A stretch of DNA of 64,000 nucleotides from contig NC_043011.1 in the NCBI RefSeq assembly GCF_006345805.1, forward strand, positions 2,108,001-2,172,000, in the 5' to 3' direction. The stretch comes from Octopus sinensis (taxonomy: Eukaryota). Below are positions 1 to 12,400 of this stretch, one piece after another. Position numbers and translations under genes: made by a program. Within the stretch, counting starts at the first letter, position 1, and every line of letters starts with the position of its first letter. The notes under the pieces were generated by a model. That model was not told the DNA's origin and made no database searches. It worked only from the letters and a program-made list of their open reading frames with translations.

Positions 1-235
1 ATTAGCATGCAAGTGGCTGAGCCCTTCACAAACACACGTACCCTTAACATAGTTCTCAGGAAGATTCAGCATAACACAGACAGTGACAAGGCTAACCCCT
101 TTGAATTACAAGTACAACTCAGTTTTGCAGGCTGCATGGACTGGAGCAATGTGAAATAAAGTGTTTAAGGACATAATGCCAAGAATAAAACTCACAACCT
201 TGTGACCATGAGATGAATACCCTAATAACTAAGTC
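1..235 (-). mobile_element. Diverged tRNA-derived SINE, cut by the window edge; 3' body related to the SINE at 28188
   Basis: Reverse complement shares ccttgtcac...gctgaat...gagaactatgtta...gtgtctgtg/gtgtttgtg...ctcagccactt with 28400-28500. Confidence 0.5.
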
Positions 236-244
236 ATGTGCCTT

Positions 245-445
245 CGATAGATCGTTAGCCACTACACACATTTTTTTTTCCATCCTTGCTTCTCTCCTTG
301 TTTTTTCTGTGTTCCTTTCTGTAGAAGAGCGTAGGCTCGAAACATAAAAGACTTTTTCTATTCCTGAGCTTTATACTAATACATCTGTTTGTTTTGTACA
401 CCACCTGTCTTCATCTTTTGTTTTTTTCGTAAACTCTCCATATAT
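245..445 (+). repeat. Probable Penelope pseudo-LTR-derived repeat with a hammerhead-like motif
   Basis: ctttCTGtaGAaGAGCgtagGCTCGAAACataaaag at 315-350; family assignment is inferred. Confidence 0.35.
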
Positions 446-663
446 AGATATATACAAACATACATACAAGATTCATTGACCTAGGGAAGGCTCTTGACAT
501 TCAGTAGCTCATGTACTTACTATGGAAATTGTATATAGATAAATGACTTGTCAAGCAGTGCAACCCAGTTGCAGAGCAGGGTTTAGTATGGTTGTGAAAC
601 AAAGTGATAAAACGTGCAGATGGAAAGAAATGAGGTGGGCATGCTTCACTGGATATATATAAT

Positions 664-725
664 TATCATCATCATTATCATCATCATTTAGCGTCCGCTT
701 TCCATGCTAGCACGGGTTGGACTAA
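664..725 (-). mobile_element. Very short 3'-end fragment of the RTE 3'-UTR family with (GAT)n tail
   Basis: atcatcatttagcgtccgctttccatgctagcacgggttggac matches the terminus of the other copies. Confidence 0.7.
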
Positions 726-796
726 GCATGGAATAAAAGAACACATGAATGACAGAATTGAGAGATAAACTAAAAGTATAAGAGGAATTAGCTGTA

Positions 797-1060
797 GTAT
801 CATCATCGTTTAGCGTCCGCTTTCCATGCTAGCATGGGTTGGACGGTCCAATTGGGGTCTGGGAAGCCAGAAGGCTACACCAGGCTCCAGTCTGATCTGG
901 CAATGTTTCTATGGCTGGATGCCCTTCCTAACGCCAACCACTTCGTGAGTGTAGTGGGTGCTTTTTATGTGCCACCGGCACAGTTGCCAGGCGAGGCTGG
1001 CAAATGGCCACGATCGGATGGTGCTTTTTATGTGCCACTGGCACGGGGGCCAGGTGACGC
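797..1060 (-). mobile_element. 5'-truncated RTE 3'-UTR family copy
   Basis: Reverse complement of aggaagggcatccagc...ccaacccatgctagcatggaaagcggacg...gatgatgat with internal gtgcc/ggcac repeats. Confidence 0.8.
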
Positions 1061-1899
1061 TGTGAGTAAAAATATTTATAAAGTTACAAACATGGCGTGT
1101 ATGGAAGAAGTCAGTTGGATAAAGATGTGCTAAACAATCGAAGTAGATCTTGCACCAGGGAAAGGCTGAGAATAATGTTGGAAGCCATGCAAGCTGATCT
1201 CAGAATCATAAAAGAGATAAGATGGTACCATAACTAAAGGTAAAAAGTTATGATGGTGATGATGATGATAGTGAAGACAACGACCATGGTGATGTGAATG
1301 AAGACAGTGATGATGATGATGAAAACAACAGTGGCCCTTCATGTTCACTGAAATAAATAGAGCAGACAACTAAAGGATTAATAACTCTGACCACTCTCTG
1401 TTAAACTATTGAATATTAAAGACATTTAAAGTCTTGAGATAATCAAAGGATGAGTAGTTACTTATGATAATCCTGTCTTTAATTTTAAGAAACACTGTAT
1501 ATAAGACTAAATTACGTATTGTAATCTTATCGCATTAAGAGCTCGTTAGATGTGATATGAAGATTTCATTGTTATTCAATGTCGGCTGAACTCCCTTGTG
1601 AAAGCTGCCTCATCCTGTTATTTATCTACCCCCTCTCTGTTTATCTACTTTTTCTTTATTACATACAGACACTTAAGAACACAAACACCTTTTGTGTGTG
1701 TGTGTGTGCACAATCCCATACAATACTCCCACAAGGTAGGCAGAATTCAAATTTTGATACTTTAAATACTGTTTTACTAATATGGGGACGTTATAAAAAC
1801 ATACCTTTTACCGCATTCAAGTTCAAACATACATGCAGACATATATACTAACTTACAGGAAGCGCACTCTAACAAAACACATAGTGACATACAGGTGCC

Positions 1900-2200
1900 T
1901 GCAAACACACACACACACGCTCACGTACATACACACACACACGCGCGCGCTCATGTACACACACACACATACACACACGCTCACGTATACACACACACTG
2001 CATACACACACACATATGCGCACACACACACACAGACGCTCGCATATACACACATGCTGCATACACACACACATATGCACACACACACACACACACGCTT
2101 GCGTACACATACACACACTCTCTCACACACACACATACACTCTCACACACATATACATGCACACACACATATACATGCACACACACACGCACCCATGCAC
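1900..2200. repeat. Degenerate (CA)n/(CATA)n compound microsatellite
   Basis: Directly visible; explains the HT/CV-rich spurious ORFs. Confidence 0.95.
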
Positions 2201-2597
2201 AAACACTAACAAACAGAATTTAATCCTCTCAGGATTATCTTTTGATGAGTAAACAACTGTTGTGTATAACTCACATTGTTTAACTGTCAACTCATTAGTG
2301 GGTTAAAGCAAAAATCAAAGTGACGGACATCCATTAAGCTTATATAGCATACCAACGTAGCATCAGTGGTAAATATACGGTTTTGTGTTGATAATAACAA
2401 AACTAAAATTATGACAAAATTCTGTAGAAATATCAAAGACTCATTTGACATTGCATCAGTCTACATCACAAAGTAAGATATTAGAAGAAAGATTAATTAA
2501 TATGCCTTAGAAGTTAGTTGTTTATGCTTTCACATATAAAACTGCAAACATTTGGAGACATTCAGGATGTTGTCTCCAAGCATCAGATATTACACTT

Positions 2598-2782
2598 TTA
2601 CTCTTTTATTTGCCTTTAGTCGAGCAAATCAACCCCGGGACTTATTCTTTGTAAGCCCAGTACTTATTCTATCGGTCTCATTTGCTGAACCGCTAAGTGA
2701 CGAGGACGTAAACACACCAGCATCGGTTGTCAAGCAATGCTAGGGGGACAAACATAGACACACAAACATATACACACACACT

Positions 2783-2816
<34 letters not shown>

Positions 2817-2981
2817 TACGACAGGCTTCTTTCAGTTTCCGTCTACCAAATCCACTCACAAGGTATTGGTCGGCCCTGGGCTATAGCAGAAGACACTTGC
2901 CCAAGATACCATGCAGTGGGACTGAACCCGGAACCATGTGGTTGGTTAGCAAGCTACTTACCACACAGCCACTCCTGCGCA
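2598..2981 (-). mobile_element. tRNA-derived SINE family A (octopus OR-type, CORE-like ccttgggcaagtg motif)
   Basis: Reverse complement of the copy at 23660; internal TA/CA microsatellite; short deletion near the 3' end. Confidence 0.85.
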
Positions 2982-3476
2982 TATAGTTAACATCATAAAT
3001 ATAATGGTTTTTAGATTTCATTTTTTTCTTGAAATTTAGATCAATACTAAATTTTTGTCTTTAGCATGTGTGGGGAGTTAAATATATATTTAATAAAAAA
3101 AATAACAACAATCGTTTTAATAATAAAGTTTGAATGATATGATTGCCCATTTTCTTATGGAAATGTTGGAAGAGGAATAAAAATAATACATACCAATTTT
3201 CATGAATAATGATTAAATAATATTTATAAATCCCATCATGTATTTTTTATGGAATTGCCGAACATCTGGAATGCATTGTTATTGAGGAAGTAGCTTATAA
3301 TCTTTATAATAATATCGGTAAGTGGAAGACTTTGTATGGCAGCTCACTATTATTTATACAGAGCTGTAAGGAATTTTATCAGCCTGAAACTATAAATCAC
3401 TGTTATAAGATGAAATAACTAGAACAGTGGGGGAAAATTAAATGCTTCAATTTTAGCAATATAATATGAGCTCTCA

Positions 3477-6400
3477 ACTGCACTCAAATCATTTTCCCTG
3501 GTTTTATTCCAGTTCCATCACTCTACTGCACTCAAATTATTTTCCCTGGTTATATTCCACTTCCATCACTCTACTGAACTCAAATCATTTTCCCTGGTTT
3601 TATTCCAGTTCCATCACTCTACTGCACTCAAATCATTTTCCCTGGTTTTATGCCAGTTCCATCACTCTACTGCACTCAAATCATTTTCTCTGGTTTTATT
3701 CCAGTTCCATCACCCTACTGCACACAAATAATTTTCCCTGGTTTTATTCCAGTTCCATCACTCTACTGCACTCAAAAAATTTTCCCTGGTTTTATTCCAG
3801 TTCCATCACTCTACTGCACTCAAATCATTTTCCCTGGTTTTATTCCAGTTCCATCACTCTACTGCACTCAAATCATTTTCCCTGGTTTTATTCCAGTTCC
3901 ATCAGTCTACTGCACTCAAATCATTTTGCCTGGTTTTATTCCAGTTCCATCACTCTACTACACTCAAATCATTTTCCCGGTTTTATTCCAGTTCCATCAC
4001 TCTACTGCACTCAAATCATTTTACCTGGTTTTATTCCAGTTCCATCACTCTACTGCACTCAAAACATCTTCCCTGGTTTTATTCCAGTTCCATCACTCTA
4101 CTGCACTCAAATCATTTTCCCTGGTTTTATTCCAGTTCCATCACTCTACTGCACTCAAATCATTTTCCCTGGTTTTATTCCAGTTCCATCACTCTACTGC
4201 ACTCAAATCATTTTACCTGTTTTTATTCCAGTTCCATCACTCTACTGCACTCAAATCATTTTAACTGGTTTTATTCCAGTTCCATCACTCTACTGCACTC
4301 AAATCATTTTACCTGGTTTTATTCCAGTTCCATCACTCTACTGCACTCAAATCATTTTCCCTGGTTTTATTCCAGTTCCATCACTCTACTGCACTCAAAT
4401 CATTTTCCCTGGTTTTATACCAGTTCCATCACTCTACTGCACTCAAATCATTTTCTCTGGTTTTATTCCAGTTCCATCACTCTACTGCACTCAAATCATT
4501 TACCTGGTTTTATTCCAGTTCCATCACTCTACTGCACTCAAATCATTTTGCCTGGTTTTATTCCAGTTCCATCACTTTACTGCACTCAAACCATTTTACC
4601 TGGTTTTATTCCAGTTCCATCAATCTACTGCACTCAAATCATTTTGCCTGGTTTTATTCCAGTTCCATCACTCTACTGCACTCAAATCATTTTCCCGGTT
4701 TTATTCCAGTTCCATCACTCTACTGCACTCAAATCATTTTCCCTGGTTTTATTCCAGTTCCATCACTCTACTGCACTCAAATCATTTTCTCTGGTTTTAT
4801 TCCAGTTCCATCACTCTACTGCACTCAAATCATTTTCCCTGGTTATATTCCACTTCCATCACTCTACTGAATTCAAATCATTTTCCCTGGTTTTATTCCA
4901 GTTCCATCACTCTACTGCACTCAAATCATTTTACCTGGTTTTATTCCAGTTCCATCACTCTACTGCACTCAAATCATTTTCCCTGGTTTTATTCCAGTTC
5001 CATCACTCTACTGCACTCAAATCATTTTCCCTGGTTTTATTCCAGTTCCATCACTCTACTGCACTCAAATCATTTTCCCTGGTTTTATTCCACTTCCATC
5101 ACTCTACTGCACTCAAATCATTTTCCCTGGTTTTATTCCAGTTCCATCACTCTACTGCACTCAAATCATTTTCCCTGGTTTTATTCCAGTTCCATCACTC
5201 TACTGCACTCAAATCATTTTCCATGGTTTTATTCCAGTTCCATCACTCTACTGCACTCAAATAAATTTAACTGGTTTTATTCCAGTTCATCACTCTACTG
5301 CACTCAAATCATTTTCCCTGGTTTTATTCCAGTTCCATCACTCTACTGCACTCAATCATTTTCCCTGGTTTTATTCCAGTTCCATCACTCTACTGCACTC
5401 AAATCATTTTCCCTGGTTTTATTCCAGTTCCATCACTCTACTGCACTCAAATCATTTTCTCTGGTTTTATTCCAGTTCCATCACTCTACTGCACTCAAAT
5501 CATTTTACCTGGTTTTATTCCAGTTCCATCACTCTAACTGCACTCAAATCATTTTCCCTGTTTTATTCCAGTTCCATCACTCTACTGCACTCAAATCATT
5601 TTCCCTGGTTATATTCCACTTCCATCACTCTACTGCACTCAAATAATTTTCCCTGGTTTTATTCCTGTTCCATCACTCTACTGCACTCAATCATTTTCCC
5701 TGGTTTTATGCCAGTTCCATCACTCTACTGCACTCAAATCATTTTCTCTGGTTTTATTCCAGTTCCATCACTCTACTGCACTCAAATAATTTTCCCTGGT
5801 TTTATTCCAGGTCCATCACTCTACTGCACTCAAAAAATTTTCCCTGGTTTTATTCCAGTTCCATCACTCTACTGCACTCAAATCATTTTCCCTGGTTTTG
5901 TTCCAGTTCCATCACTCTACTGCACTCAAATCATTTTACCTGGTTTTTTTCCAGTTCCATCACTCTACTGCACTCAAATCATTTTACCTGGTTTTATTCC
6001 AGTTCCATCACTCTACTGAACTCAAATCATTTTACCTGGTTTTCTTCCAGTTCCATCACTCTACTGCACTCAAATCATTTTCCCTGGTTTTATTCCAGTT
6101 CCATCACTCTACTGCACTCAAATCATTTTCCCTGGTTTTATTCCAGTTCCATCACTCTACTGCACTCAAATCATTTTCCCTGGTTTTATTCCAGTTCCAT
6201 CACTCTACTGCACTCAAATCATTTTCCCTGGTTTTATTCCAGTTCCATCACTCTACTGCACTCAAATCATTTTCCCTGGTTTTATTCCAGTTCCATCACT
6301 CTACTGCACTCAAATCATTTTACCTGGTTTTATTCCAGTTCCATCACTCTACTGCACTCAAATCATTTTCACTGGTTTTATTCCAGTTCCTTCACTCTAC

Positions 6401-9400
6401 TGAACTCAAATCATTTTCCCTGGTTTTATTCCAGTTCCATCACTCTACTGGACTCAACTCATTTTCTCTGGTTTTATTCCAGTTCCATCACTCTACTGCA
6501 CTCAAATCATTTTACCTGGTTTTATTCCAGTTCCATCACTCTACTGCACTCAAATCATTTTCACTGTTTTATTCCAGTTCCATCACTCTACTGAACTCAA
6601 ATCATTTTCCCTGGTTTTATTCCAGTTCCATCACTCTACTGGACTCAACTCATTTTCTCTGGTTTTATTCCAGTTCCATCACTCTACTGCACTCAAATCA
6701 TTTTCCCTGGTTTTATTCCAGTTCGATCACTCTACTGCACTCAAATCATTTTACCTGGTTTTATTCCAGTTCCATCACTCTACTGCACTCAAATCATTTT
6801 CCCTGGTTTTATTCCAGTTCCATCACTCTACTGCACTCAAATCATTTTCCCTGGTTTTATTCCAGTTCCATCACTCTACTGCACTCAAATCATTTTACCT
6901 GGTTTTATTCCAGTTCCATCACTCTACTGCACTCAAATCATTTTCCTGGTTTTATTCCAGTTCCATCGCTCTACTGCACTCAAATCATTTTACCAGGTTT
7001 TATTCCAGTTCCATCACTCTACTGCACTCAATCATTTTCTCTGGTTTTATTCCAGTTCCATCACTCTACTGCACTCAAATCATTTACCTGGTTTTATTCC
7101 AGTTCCATCACTCTACTGCACTCAAATCATTTTACCTGGTTTTATTCAAGTTCCATCACTTTACTGCACTCAAATCATTTTCCCTGGTTTTATTCCAGTT
7201 CCATCACTCTACTGCACTCAAATAATTTTACCTGGTTTTATTCCAGTTCCATCACTCTACTGCACTCAAATAATTTTCCCTGGTTTTATTCCAGTTCCAT
7301 CACTCTACTGCACTCAAATCATTTTCTCTAGTTTTATTCCAGTTCCATCACTCTACTGCACTCAAATCATTTTACCTGGTTTTATTCCAGTTCCATCACT
7401 CTACTGCACTCAAATCATTTTTCCTGGTTTTATTCCAGTTCCACCACTCTACTGCACTCAAATCATTTTACCTGGTTTTATTCCAGTTCCATCAATCTAC
7501 TGCACTCAAATCATTTTAACTGGTTTTATTCCAGTTCCATCACTCTACTGCACTCAAATCATTATACCTGGTTTTATTCCAGTTCCATCACTCTACTGCA
7601 CTCAAATCATTTTCCCTGGTTTTATTCCAGTTCCATCACTCTACTGCACTCAAATCATTTTCCCTGGTTTTATTCCAGTTCCATCACTCTACTGCACTCA
7701 AATTATTTTCCCTGGTTTTATGCCAGTTCCATCACTCTACTGCACTCAAATCATTTTGCCTGGTTTTATTCCAGTTCCATCACTCTACTGCACTCAAATA
7801 ATTATACCTGGTTTTATTCCAGTTCCATCACTCTACTGCACTCAAATCATTTTCCCTGGTTTTATTCCAGTTCTATCACTCTACTGCACTCAAAAAATTT
7901 TCCCTGGTTTTATTCCAGTTCCATCACTCTACTGCACTCAAATCATTTTCCCTGGTTTTATTCCAGTTCCATCACCCTACTGCACTCAAATCATTTTACC
8001 TGGTTTTATTCCAGTTCCATCACTCTACTGCACTCAAATCATTTTACCTGGTTTTATTCCAGTTCCATCACTCTACTGCACTCAAATCATTTTCCCTGGT
8101 TTTATTCCAGTTCCATCATTCTACTGCACTCAAATCATTTTCTCTGGTTTTATTCCAGTTCCATCACTCTACTGCACTCAAATCATTTTCCCTGGTTTTT
8201 TTCCAGTTCCATCACTCTATTGCACTCAAATCATTTTGCCTGGTTTTATTCCAGTTCCATCACTCTAGTGCACTCAAATCATTTTACCTGGTTTTATTCC
8301 AGTTCCATCACTCTACTGCACTCAAATCATTTTCCCTGGTTTTATTCCAGTTCCATCACTCTACTGCACTCAAATCATTTTACCTGGTTTTATTCCAGTT
8401 CCATCACTCTACTGCACTCAAATAATTTTCCCTGGTTTTATTCCAGTTCCATCACTCTACTGCACTCAAATCATTTTCTCTGGTTTTATTCCAGTTCCAT
8501 CACTCTACTGCACTCAAATCATTTTACCTGGTTTTATTCCAGTTCCATCACTCTACTGCACTCAAATCATTTTCCCTGGTTTTATTCCAGTTCCATCACT
8601 CTACTGCACTCAAATCATTTTCCCTGGTTTTATTCCAGTTCCATCACTCTACTGCACTCAAATCATTTTCCCTGGTTTTATTCCAGTTCCATCACTCTAC
8701 AGCACTCAAATCATTTTCCCTGGTTTTATGCCAGTTCCATCACTCTACTGCACTCAAATCATTTTCTCTGGTTTTATTCCAGTTCCATCACTCTACTGCA
8801 CTCAAATCATTTTCCCTGGTTTTATTCCAGTTCCCTCACTCTACTGCACTCAAATCATTTTCCCTGGTTTTATTCCAGTTCCATCATTCTACTGCACTCA
8901 AATCATTTTCCCTGGTTTTATTCCAGTTCCATCACTCTACTGCACTCAAATCATTTTCCCTGGTTTTATTCCAGTTCCATCACTCTACTGCACTCAAATC
9001 ATTTTCCCTGGTTTTATTCCAGTTCCATCACTCTACTGCACTCAAATCATTTTCTCTGGTTTTATTCCAGTTCCATCACTCTACTGCACTCAAATCATTT
9101 TCCCTGGTTTTTTTCCAGTTCCATCACTCTACTGCACTCAAATCATTTTGCCTGGTTTTATTCCAGTTCCATCACTCTACTGCACTCAAATCATTATACC
9201 TGGTTTTATTCCAGTTCCATCACTCTACTGCACTCAAATCATTTTCCCTGGTTTTATTCCAGTTCCATCACTCTACTGCACTCAAATCTTTCCCTGGTTT
9301 TATCCAGTTCCATCACTCTACTGCACTCAAATCATTTTCCCTGGTTTTATTCCAGTTCCATCACTCTACTGCACTCAAATCATTTTACCTGGTTTTATTC

Positions 9401-12400
9401 CAGTTCCATCACTCTACTGCACTCAAATAATTTTGCCTGGTTTTATTCCAGTTCCATCACTCTACTGCACTCAAATCATTTTCCCGGTTTTATTCCAGTT
9501 CCATCACTCTACTGCACTCAAATCATTTTACCTGGTTTTATTCCAGTTCCATCACTCTACTGCACTCAAATCATTTTCTCTGGTTTTATTCCAGTTCCAT
9601 CACTCTACTGCACTCAAATCATTTTCCCTGGTTATATTCCACTTCCATCACTCTACTGCACTCAAATAATTTTCCCTGGTTTTATTCCAGTTCCATCACT
9701 CTACTGCACTCAAATCATTTTCCCTGGTTTTATGCCAGTTCCATCACTCTACTGCACTCAAATCATTTTCTCTGGTTTTATTCCAGTTCCATCACTCTAC
9801 TGCACTCAAATAATTTTCCCTGGTTTTATTCCAGGTCCATCACTCTACTGCACTCAAAAAATTTTCCCTGGTTTTATTCCAGTTCCATCACTCTACTGCA
9901 CTCAAATCATTTTCCCTGGTTTTATTCCAGTTCCATCACTCTACTGCACTCAAATCATTTTACCTGGTTTTTTTCCAGTTCCATCACTCTACTGCACTCA
10001 AATCATTTTACCTGGTTTTATTCCAGTTCCATCACTCTACTGAACTCAAATCATTTTACCTGGTTTTCTTCCAGTTCCATCACTCTACTGCACTCAAATA
10101 ATTTTCCCTGGTTTTATTCCAGTTCCATCACTCTACTGCACTCAAATAATTTTCCCTGGTTTTATTCCAGTTCCATCACTCTACTGCACTCAAATCATTT
10201 TCCCTGGTTTTATTCCAGTTCCATCACTCTACTGCACTCAAATCATTTTCCCTGGTTTTATTCCAGTTCCATCACTCTACTGCACTCAAATCATTTTCCC
10301 TGGTTTTATTCCAGTTCCATCACTCTACTGCACTCAAATCATTTTAACTGGTTTTATTCCAGTTCCATCACTCTACTGCACTCAAATCATTTTACCTGGT
10401 TTTATTCCAGTTCCATCACTCTACTGCACTCAAATCATTTTCACTGGTTTTATTCCAGTTCCTTCACTCTACTGAACTCAAATCATTTTCCCTGGTTTTA
10501 TTCCAGTTCCATCACTCTACTGGACTCAACTCATTTTCTCTGGTTTTATTCCAGTTCCATCACTCTACTGCACTCAAATCATTTACCTGGTTTTATTCCA
10601 GTTCCATCACTCTACTGCACTCAAATAATTTTACCTGGTTTTATTCCAGTTCCATCACTCTACTGCACTCAAATCATTTTACCTGGTTTTATTCCAGTTC
10701 CATCACTCAACTGAACTCAAATCATTTTACCTGGTTTTATTCCAGTTCCATCACTCTACTGCACTCAAATCATTTTACCTGGTTTTATTCCAGTTCCATC
10801 ACTCTACTGCACTCAAATCATTTTCCCTGGTTTTATTCCAGTTCCATCACTCTACTGCACTCAAATCATTTTCCCTGGTTTTATTCCAGTTCCATCACTC
10901 TACTGCACTCAAATCATTTTACCTGGTTTTATTCCAGTTCCATCACTCTACTGCACTCAAATCATTTTCCCTGGTTTTATTCCAGTTCCATCGCTCTACT
11001 GCACTCAAATCATTTTACCAGGTTTTATTCCAGTTCCATCACTCTATTGCACTCAAATCATTTTCTCTGGTTTTATTCCAGTTCCATCACTCTACTGCAC
11101 TCAAATCATTTACCTGGTTTTATTCCAGTTCCATCACTCTACTGCACTCAAATCATTTTACCTGGTTTTATTCAAGTTCCATCACTTTACTGCACTCAAA
11201 TCATTTTCCCTGGTTTTATTCCAGTTCCATCACTCTACTGCACTCAAATCATTTTCCCTGGTTTTATTCCAGTTCCATCACTCTACTGCACTCAAATAAT
11301 TTTCCCTGGTTTTATTCCAGTTTCATCACTCTACTGCACTCAAATCATTTTCTCTAGTTTTATTCCAGTTCCATCACTCTACTGCACTCAAATCATTTTC
11401 CCTGGTTTTATTCCAGTTCCACCACTCTACTGCACTCAAATCATTTTACCTGGTTTTATTCCAGTTCCATCAATCTACTGCACTCAAATCATTTTAACTG
11501 GTTTTATTCCAGTTCCATCACTCTACTGCACTCAAATCATTATACCTGGTTTTATTCCAGTTCCATCACTCTACTGCACTCAAATCATTTTCCCTGGTTT
11601 TATTCCAGTTCCATCACTCTACTGCACTCAAATCATTTTCCCTGGTTTTATTCCAGTTCCGTCACTCTACTGCACTCAAATTATTTTCCCTGGTTTTATG
11701 CCAGTTCCATCACTCTACTGCACTCAAATCATTTTACCTGGTTTATTCCAGTTCCATCACTCTACTGCACTCAAATCATTTTACCTGGTTTTATTCCAGT
11801 TCCATCACTCTACTGCACTCAAATCATTTTCCCTGGTTTTATTCCAGTTCCATCACTCTACTGCACTCAAATCAGTTTCCCTGGTTTTATTCCAGGTCCA
11901 TCACTCTACTGCACTCAAATCATTTTCCCTGGTTTTATTCCAGTTCCATCACTCTACTGCACTCAAATCAGTTTCCCTGGTTTTATTCCAGGTCCATCAC
12001 TCTACTGCACTCAAATCATTTTCCCTGGTTTTATTCCAGTTCCATCACTCTACTGCACTCAAATCATTTTCCCTGGTTTTATTCCAGTTCCATCATTCTA
12101 CTGCACTCAAATCATTTTACCTGGTTTTATTCCAGTTCCATCACTCTACTGCACTCAAATCATTTTCTCTGGTTTTATTCCAGTTCCATCACTCTACTGC
12201 ACTCAAATCATTTTGCCTGGTTTTATTCCAGTTCCATCACTCTACTGCACTCAAATCATCTTCCCTGGTTTTATTCCAGTTCCATCATTCTACTGCACTC
12301 AAATCATTTTGCATGGTTTTATTCCAGTTCCATCACTCTACTGCACTCAAATCATTTTCTCTGGTTTTATTCCAGTTCCATCACTCTACTGCACTCAAAT

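Noticed and set aside
1130-1369. Poly-His ORF / acidic tract
   Set aside because: Degenerate (GAT)n repeat with no splice or homology support
1833-2252. His/Thr- and Cys/Val-rich ORFs (also 33785-34773, 62001-63001)
   Set aside because: Translations of CA/TG/TATG microsatellites and low-complexity DNA
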